Assembly: GCA_041640635.1 (NCBI GenBank) | Contig: JBEPZX010000022.1 | Location: forward strand, 1 to 19,019 | From: Aquificaceae bacterium | Lineage (GTDB): Bacteria; Aquificota; Aquificia; Aquificales; Aquificaceae | DNA length: 19,019 bases | Reading direction: 5' to 3' | Shown: positions 1-7,903 of the stretch, piece by piece | Numbering within the stretch: position 1 is the first letter of the stretch | Layout: every line of letters begins with the position of its first letter | Notes under the pieces: generated by a model | Database searches by the model: none | What the model saw: the letters and a program-made list of their open reading frames with translations, nothing else | Told to the model about the DNA's origin: nothing | Position numbers and translations under genes: made by a program

Positions 1-2454
<2,454 letters not shown>

Positions 2455-2458
<4 letters not shown>

Positions 2459-3099
2459 AAGTAGCTATAGACGGACCGGCGGGAAGTGGAAAAAGCACTG
2501 TAGCCAAAATGCTTTCCCAGATACTAAATATTCCCTATTTGGATACTGGAGCTGTCTATAGGGCTTTTGGTTACGTGGCAATGCTGAAAGAGATAGACGC
2601 AAATAATGAAGAAGAAGTCCTGAGACTCTTTGAAGAGGACATAAAAGTAGAACTAGACATAGGTAAAACTAAAGTTTACTACAACGGGAAGGTCCTAGAG
2701 GATGAGATAAGAAACGAGAATGTGGGAAGTTACACATCCAAAATAGCCGCCATTCCTGCTTTTAGAGAGAGGATGATTGATCTCTTTAGAAAATTGGTTG
2801 GTCCAAAACAGGTAGTTGCCGAAGGCAGAGACACTGGAAGCCATATATTCCCAGATGCAAAAAAGAAGTTTTTCTTAACAGCCTCTTTGGAAGAGAGAGC
2901 AAGACGCCGATACAACGAGCTTAAAGCTAAAGGTGTAGATGTAAGCTACGAGAGTATATTAGAGACTATAAAGCAAAGAGATGAAAGGGATAAAAATAGA
3001 CCTCTATACCCCTTTGAACCCGCCAAAGATGCTACAGTAGTAGATACTACAGAAAAAAGTCTCCGAGAAGTTGTAGATAGCATTCTAAAGATGCTTTAG
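2455..3099 (+). CDS. cmk: Cytidylate kinase
   Basis: AIDGPAGSGKST P-loop, YLDTGAVYRA, EGRD and RDERD motifs; ATGA overlap with leuA. Confidence 0.96.
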
Positions 3100-3142
3100 A
3101 TAGACGCAGATATGCGCAACCGACCAGGTTGATATCAGATAT

Positions 3143-3170
3143 GAAATTGGGCATATCGCGTGCCAATTTC
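3143..3170. other. Imperfect inverted repeat between the convergent cmk and pilin array (possible terminator hairpin)
   Basis: GAAATTGG(G)CA-TATCGCG-TGCCAATTTC: 10-bp arms with one bulged G; no clear U tract. Confidence 0.4.
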
Positions 3171-3318
3171 TAAACAAGGACTGTAGCATCTACGTATTAC
3201 CAAGCTCAAGGTACGAACGCCTACTTTGTGATACGAAGATCATTCAAACGCACGTCCTAACCAGCTAGCACCCTCATCCATCTTTACGTATGGTTAATAT
3301 GTTATCCTATACGCTGTC

Positions 3319-4038
3319 CTACCGACGACCAAAAAGCCACCACAGCAACACCAAGAGGAAGGAATTATTATTATTATTCGATGTATTGCTAGATCCGCTT
3401 ACACTACTTGCACTGCTGCTGCTTGTAGAACTACTGCTATTACTTGCAGTACTACTACTTGTTGAGTTACTACCACTCGTGACGTTACTATTTGTACTTC
3501 CGCTATTTGTATTACTTGCCGTAGCAACTAATGTGCTTTTAGTTTGTATTGAACACTCAAGAGTGCTAATATTAACTTGCTGTCCACTAGATTCCACAAG
3601 TTTTGGTGTACACACTATCTGGTATCTTGATGCACTTGATAATGTAACATCTATGTTTCTGTCGTAGTTTGGCGTTCCATATTGGTTACATTTGTCCGGT
3701 ATTGCGGATGTAATTTTCACAAAACCCCTACCTGTTTCTATGCCGTCGGAGCTGGAAAGTCTGTTACAAACAGAAGTTTGACCTAGTGTTGCTGGAGTTA
3801 CACCTGATGCATTGGGATTAGCTGCACAGTATTCTGAGAGTTCCATAAAACAGCTCCTCGCTAAAGGCAACGCATAAGAGCTTAGATATGCCTTCTCCAT
3901 ATATTTGGAGTACTCCCTAGCGGACAGTGCAGCTAGTATACCTATTACCGCCACACTTACTATAAGCTCAACCAGTGTAAAACCTCCGTTCTTTTTAGTC
4001 TTTAAAACCCCTCCAAAGAAATTTAAAATTTGTTTACG
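3319..4038 (-). pseudogene. Type IV pilin P8 lacking a start codon; S/T/N-rich tail and hydrophobic C-terminus
   Basis: The frame extends upstream of the ORF-track GTG (3954) through RKQILNFFGGVLKTKKNGG|FTLVELIVSVAVIGILAALSAREY. The codon where Met should be is CGT, and no ATG/GTG/TTG occurs before an upstream in-frame TGA. Six Cys, as in the paralogs. Confidence 0.75.
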
Positions 4039-4276
4039 TGGTTTTACTTCCCACAGCTCCCTACTTGATGAGGTATATCATACTTCCTTAACAATTGCAT
4101 TAGAGCGCGCAACTCTTTCTGTGTCAAGTTAGCTGTATCATTTCGATTATTCAATTGGTACAGGACTACACTCAGGTGTTCCTACGTTTCCATCGTCTTG
4201 CCTTTTCCCTACACACAGCAACCTGTACATACGATGTCTGTCTATTCTAATATCGATTAGACTGCCTACCCTGTAA
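3761..4276. repeat. Direct repeat R1, copy a (partner 5578-6093, offset 1817)
   Basis: 3823-4259 matches 5640-6076 exactly by eye (437 bp), with a few mismatches at the flanks. Covers the P7 3' end, the spacer and the P8 5' half. Confidence 0.95.
4099..4127 (-). promoter_or_regulatory. sigma70-like promoter upstream of P8 with a non-consensus -10
   Basis: TTGACA, 17 nt, TCTAAT. Confidence 0.45.
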
Positions 4277-4649
4277 TCGGGTGAAGTTCCCACACATCTG
4301 TTGGGAAAATCTGAACGAGTATTGGCTACATAGCCTTTGGCAGTTTGAATACCTCTTCCACCAGTAAGTAATCTCTTACACGTGGAATTATCTGACCATG
4401 AAGTAACATCTATGATTCCATCTGGATTTTGCGCACAGTACTCTTGAACTTCCGTAAAACAGTCTTTTATTAGAGGAAGCGCGTAAGATGTTAGCTCAGC
4501 TCTTTCCATGTATTTGGAATACTCTCTAGCGGAGCGGAGAGCACCGCAAGTAGACTTATAATGACAATAACGATCAAAAGCTCAACAAGCGTAAAACCTC
4601 TGCTTTTGTTCACCTTAAGAGCTCCTCTAAAAAACTTAATGTTTCGCAC
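4147..4649 (-). pseudogene. Type IV pilin P7, frameshifted by a 5-bp tandem duplication
   Basis: From GTG 4649 (or ATG 4664): MRNIKFFRGALKVNKSRG|FTLVELLIVIVIISLLAVLSA. TCCGCTCCGCT at 4528-4538 then shifts the frame. Removing one unit restores REYSKYMERAEL... and joins ORF 4147..4509. Confidence 0.88.
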
Positions 4650-4699
4650 AACGTTACTTCCCATTAATCTCTACAAAAATCATACATCTACAGAGCGTA

Positions 4700-5224
4700 T
4701 TACCTAGGTTGTATCGAACATTCAGGGGCTTTGATTTGAGATGTGTTTTGCCCACTACCAATAGCTTCCACCAGTCTTGGCACACATACCAGCTTATATC
4801 TTGATGCACTTGACAACGTTACCACTATATCCCTCGAATAGTTTGGCGTTCCATATTGGTTACAACTATTTGGAAAACCAGACTCCATTTTTACAATGCC
4901 TTTAGCCGTCGATATGCCATCCGTAGAATTAAGTCTGTCACACGTAGAGTTTGTGCCTAAAAATGCTGGTAGTATAACCGCGTTTATGCTTGAGTTGCCA
5001 GGATTAGCTGCACAGTACTCAGCGAGCTCTATAAAGCAGTCCCTAGCTAACGGCAATGCGTAGGTGTTGAGATTAGATCTTTCTATGTATTTGGAGTACT
5101 CTCTGGTAGACAGAGCTGCCAGTATGCCTATGATGACAATGACGATCAAAAGCTCAACCAACGTAAAACCTCTGCTTTTGTTCACCTCAAGAGCTTTTGT
5201 AAAGTACCTCAGAACCTTTTGCAT
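4700..5224 (-). CDS. Type IV pilin P6 (intact prepilin)
   Basis: AGGAGGT SD precedes ATG 5224 (preferred over GTG 5233). MQKVLRYFTKALEVNKSRG|FTLVELLIVIVIIGILAAL is a class III signal peptide with E5; six Cys. Confidence 0.92.
   Translation of the reverse strand: MQKVLRYFTKALEVNKSRGFTLVELLIVIVIIGILAALSTREYSKYIERSNLNTYALPLARDCFIELAEYCAANPGNSSINAVILPAFLGTNSTCDRLNSTDGISTAKGIVKMESGFPNSCNQYGTPNYSRDIVVTLSSASRYKLVCVPRLVEAIGSGQNTSQIKAPECSIQPR
4745..4961. repeat. Direct repeat R2, copy a (partner 5331-5547, offset 586)
   Basis: 217 bp with 4 mismatches by eye; the C-terminal globular domain shared by P6 and P5. Confidence 0.93.
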
Positions 5225-5247
5225 AGCTACCACCTCCTATTATTACT

Positions 5248-5276
5248 AATTTATAAAAGGCAAAGAACTAATTCAA
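5248..5276 (-). promoter_or_regulatory. Possible sigma70 promoter of P6
   Basis: TTGAAT (5271-5276), 17 nt, TAAATT (5248-5253), upstream of the AGGAGGT SD. The context is AT-rich, so a chance match is possible. Confidence 0.4.
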
Positions 5277-5285
5277 TTAACTATG

Positions 5286-5855
5286 TTAGGTAGATTCTAC
5301 TACACATTCAGGGATTTTTATAATGGTTTGGTTTTGCCCACTACCAATAGCTTCCACCAGTCTTGGCATACATACCAGCCTATATCTTGATGCACTTGAC
5401 AACGTTACCACTATATCCCTCGAATAGTTTGGCGTTCCATATTGGTTACAACTATTTGGAAAACCAGACTCCATTTTTACAGTGCCTTTAGCTGTCGATA
5501 TGCCATCCGTAGAATTAAGTCTGTCACACGTAGAGTTTGTGCCTAAAGTTGCAGAACTTATGGTCTGGTTAAAAAGCCTGCTACAAACAGAATTTGGACC
5601 TAGTGTTGCTGGAGTTACACCTGACGCATTGGGATTACTTGCACAGTATTCTGAGAGTTCCATAAAACAGCTCCTCGCTAAAGGCAACGCATAAGAGCTT
5701 AGATATGCCTTCTCCATATATTTGGAGTACTCCCTAGCGGACAGTGCAGCTAGTATACCTATTACCGCCACACTTACTATAAGCTCAACCAGTGTAAAAC
5801 CTCCGTTCTTTTTAGTCTTTAAAACCCCTCCAAAGAAATTTAAAATTTGTTTACG
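5286..5855 (-). pseudogene. Type IV pilin P5 lacking a start codon; chimera of a P8-type N-half and a P6-type C-half
   Basis: Same start-less leader as P8 (CGT at 5853-5855) and GG|FTLVE. The 5' half is R1 and the 3' half is R2. Confidence 0.78.
5331..5547. repeat. Direct repeat R2, copy b
   Basis: Matches 4745-4961. Confidence 0.93.
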
Positions 5856-5915
5856 TGGTTTTACTTCCCACAGCTCCCTACTTGATGAGGTATATCATAC
5901 TTCCTTAACAATTGC

Positions 5916-5944
5916 ATTAGAGCGCGCAACTCTTTCTGTGTCAA
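5916..5944 (-). promoter_or_regulatory. sigma70-like promoter upstream of P5 with a non-consensus -10
   Basis: TTGACA (5939-5944), 17 nt, TCTAAT (5916-5921). Confidence 0.45.
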
Positions 5945-5963
5945 GTTAGCTGTATCATTTCGA

Positions 5964-6092
5964 TTATTCAATTGGTACAGGACTACACTCAGGTGTTCCT
6001 ACGTTTCCATCGTCTTGCCTTTTCCCTACACACAGCAACCTGTACATACGATGTCTGTCTATTCTAATATCGATTATGCTAAATACCCTGTA
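5964..6092 (-). pseudogene. Pilin C-terminal fragment P4 (42 aa), a copy of the P7 C-terminus
   Basis: Translates YRVFSIIDIRIDRHRMYRLLCVGKRQDDGNVGTPECSPVPIE*, versus P7 YRVGSLIDIR...PECSPVPIE*. An in-frame TAA lies at 6096-6098 and there is no N-terminal pilin part. Confidence 0.85.
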
Positions 6093-6110
6093 AGATTATA
6101 CTAAGTATGC

Positions 6111-6593
6111 TCAAATAGGCACAGGCTTGCATTCACCAGTAAGGGTGCTATCGGATCCGAGGTTAACCCTTTTGCACTCAAGTTTGTATTTACTGGCTGT
6201 ATCCATAAGTACATATATAGTATCTACATCATCGCCAAAGTCGAAATAATTTCCCATACACCTAAAGTTTGGAGTATTTTCAAATTTCACCTTTCCTTTA
6301 TCCGTTTGAATACCAGTTTTTAAACCTTTACATGTGGGATAGCTGTTGTTATCGTTGTTCAAATCTATTGTTCCATCAGGGTTGCTGGCGCAGTAAGATG
6401 CAAGCTCTGCAAAGCAATCCTTAATCAGAGGTAAAGCGTAACTTGCCAAGTTTGCTCTTTCCGTGTATTTTGAATACTCCCTTACAGCAAGTACACTCAG
6501 AACTCCTACTATAAGTATAACTATGAGTAACTCTATAAGGGTAAAGCCTTTGACCTTGTTTATCTGAAGGCTCCTAATATATGATTTAAACAT
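6111..6593 (-). CDS. Type IV pilin P3 (intact prepilin)
   Basis: Likely start is ATG 6593 after GGATGAGGGG; the ORF-track start 6635 lies inside the P2 terminator. MFKSYIRSLQINKVKG|FTLIELLIVILIVGVL; six Cys. Confidence 0.9.
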   Translation of the reverse strand: MFKSYIRSLQINKVKGFTLIELLIVILIVGVLSVLAVREYSKYTERANLASYALPLIKDCFAELASYCASNPDGTIDLNNDNNSYPTCKGLKTGIQTDKGKVKFENTPNFRCMGNYFDFGDDVDTIYVLMDTASKYKLECKRVNLGSDSTLTGECKPVPI

Positions 6594-6618
6594 CCCCTCA
6601 TCCTTTGGAAAAAAAAAC

Positions 6619-6644
6619 AAAAGAAAAAGGGGCAAGGATGCCCC
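6619..6644 (-). terminator. Rho-independent terminator after P2
   Basis: GGGGCA-TCCT-TGCCCC followed by TTTTTCTTTT on the - strand. Confidence 0.85.
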
Positions 6645-6656
6645 GTAAGGGTTATA

Positions 6657-7139
6657 TTATAAAGCTTTAGGTGAGCATTCAGGGGTCTTTGCATTTTCAC
6701 CTATATTTTTGGGGACGCACTCGAGCTTGTATTTAGTCGCTGTGCTTAGCTTTACATCTATATTTGATGTATAGTTCGGAACCGTTCCGCTACAGGTTGT
6801 AGGAAGTCCACTTATTGTCACTTTACCTTTGTCTGTGTCTATACCACCCTGGTTATCTACTACTGTAAGTTTTTTACATGTAGAGTTTGTTCCTAAACTT
6901 ATTGAAGTAGCACCAGGATTACTTGCACAATATTCAGCAAGTTCCAAAAAGCAATCTCTCGCCAATGGTAGTGCGTAAGAGCTTAAGTTTGCCCTTTCTA
7001 TGTACTTGGAGTACTCTCTAGTAGCCAAGGCTGCCAAGATTCCTATGATGACGATGACAATTAGGAGCTCGATAAGGGTGAAACCTTTCTTTTTGTTCAC
7101 CTTAATGGCTCTTTTGAATGATTCTAAAACTTTCTGCAT
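6657..7139 (-). CDS. Type IV pilin P2 (major pilin candidate, PilA-like)
   Basis: GGGAGGT SD; MQKVLESFKRAIKVNKKKG|FTLIELLIVIVIIGILAAL; 158/160 aa identical to P1. Confidence 0.93.
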   Translation of the reverse strand: MQKVLESFKRAIKVNKKKGFTLIELLIVIVIIGILAALATREYSKYIERANLSSYALPLARDCFLELAEYCASNPGATSISLGTNSTCKKLTVVDNQGGIDTDKGKVTISGLPTTCSGTVPNYTSNIDVKLSTATKYKLECVPKNIGENAKTPECSPKAL

Positions 7140-7163
7140 GGCTTAACCTCCCATCAGTTTTTT

Positions 7164-7190
7164 CTTTCACAGTGGCGCCACATGTGAAAG
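7164..7190 (-). promoter_or_regulatory. Palindrome / 5'-UTR hairpin of P2
   Basis: CTTTCACA-GTGGCGCCACA-TGTGAAAG, between the -10 box and the SD. Confidence 0.65.
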
Positions 7191-7199
7191 TTAATTTTA

Positions 7200-7228
7200 A
7201 TACTAACCCAAGTAAATTACCTTATCAA
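7200..7228 (-). promoter_or_regulatory. sigma70 promoter of P2
   Basis: TTGATA (7223-7228), 17 nt, TAGTAT (7200-7205). Confidence 0.65.
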
Positions 7229-7270
7229 GTATCTTCACAAAAACTTCATCCTCATCCTTTGGAAAAAAAC

Positions 7271-7296
7271 AAAAGAAAAAGGGGCAAGGATGCCCC
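7271..7296 (-). terminator. Rho-independent terminator after P1
   Basis: GGGGCA-TCCT-TGCCCC followed by TTTTTCTTTT on the - strand. Confidence 0.85.
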
Positions 7297-7308
7297 GTAA
7301 GGGTTATA

Positions 7309-7791
7309 TTATAAAGCTTTAGGTGAGCATTCAGGGGTCTTTGCATTTTCACCTATATTTTTGGGGACGCACTCGAGCTTGTATTTAGTCGCTGTGCTTA
7401 GCTTTACATCTATATTTGATGTATAGTTCGGAACCGTTCCGCTACAGGTTGTAGGAAGTCCACTTATTGTCACTTTACCTTTGTCTGTGTCTATACCACC
7501 CTGGTTATCTACTACTGTAAGTTTTTTACATGTAGAGTTTGTTCCTAAACTTATTGAAGTAGCACCAGGATTACTTGCACAATATTCAGCAAGTTCCAAA
7601 AAGCAATCTCTCGCCAATGGTAGTGCGTAAGAGTTTAAATTTGCTCTTTCTGCGTACTTGGAGTACTCTCTAGTAGCCAAGGCTGCCAAGATTCCTATGA
7701 TGACGATGACGATTAGGAGCTCGATAAGGGTGAAACCTTTCTTTTTGTTCACCTTAATGGCTCTTTTGAATGATTCTAAAACTTTCTGCAT
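7309..7791 (-). CDS. Type IV pilin P1 (major pilin candidate, PilA-like)
   Basis: GGGAGGT SD; class III signal KKKG|FTLIE; six Cys; has its own consensus promoter and terminator. Confidence 0.93.
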   Translation of the reverse strand: MQKVLESFKRAIKVNKKKGFTLIELLIVIVIIGILAALATREYSKYAERANLNSYALPLARDCFLELAEYCASNPGATSISLGTNSTCKKLTVVDNQGGIDTDKGKVTISGLPTTCSGTVPNYTSNIDVKLSTATKYKLECVPKNIGENAKTPECSPKAL

Positions 7792-7814
7792 GGCTTAACC
7801 TCCCATAAGTTTTT

Positions 7815-7841
7815 CTTTCACAGTGGCGCCACATGTGAAAG
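7815..7841 (-). promoter_or_regulatory. Palindrome / 5'-UTR hairpin of P1
   Basis: Identical to 7164-7190. Confidence 0.65.
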
Positions 7842-7850
7842 TTAATTTTA

Positions 7851-7879
7851 ATACTAACCCAAGTAAATTACCTTGTCAA
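7851..7879 (-). promoter_or_regulatory. sigma70 promoter of P1
   Basis: TTGACA (7874-7879), 17 nt, TAGTAT (7851-7856). Confidence 0.78.
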
Positions 7880-7903
7880 GTATCTTCACGATAACTTCAC
7901 AAA

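Larger units (their letters stand above)
5578..6093. repeat. Direct repeat R1, copy b
   Basis: Matches 3761-4276. Confidence 0.95.
6596..7249. repeat. Tandem duplication unit R3, copy a (promoter-hairpin-pilin-terminator)
   Basis: Near-identical to 7250-7900 (offset ~652). Confidence 0.95.
7250..7900. repeat. Tandem duplication unit R3, copy b
   Basis: Near-identical to 6596-7249. Confidence 0.95.

Noticed and set aside
3290..3667. Leu-rich + strand ORF (125 aa)
   Set aside because: Antisense read of the Ser/Thr/Asn-rich tail of pilin P8; no SD or family motif.
4745..5547. R2 as a diversity-generating retroelement TR/VR pair
   Set aside because: The four mismatches (G/A, A/G, T/C, G/A on the coding strand) are not confined to adenines of one copy, and no reverse transcriptase is in the window.
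3905..5949. Identical 75-aa + strand ORFs (3905..4132, 5722..5949) and other short + ORFs in the array
   Set aside because: By-products of repeat R1 and antisense to pilin N-termini.
6594..6635. ORF-track N-terminal extension of P3 (MPLFLLFFFPKDEG)
   Set aside because: It is a translation of the terminator stem and T tract; ATG 6593 has an SD-like motif and gives a normal prepilin leader.
6657..7791. Electrically conductive (e-pili) pilins
   Set aside because: F1, Y24 and Y27 are common to type IVa pilins, and the globular domain is long with few aromatic residues.
3319..7900. Shufflon or invertible cassette system
   Set aside because: All members are co-oriented, with no flanking inverted recombination sites and no site-specific recombinase seen.
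7792..7903. Neisseria-type G-quadruplex upstream of the expressed pilin
   Set aside because: No cluster of four G3+ runs on either strand here; any conversion mechanism would need a different initiator.
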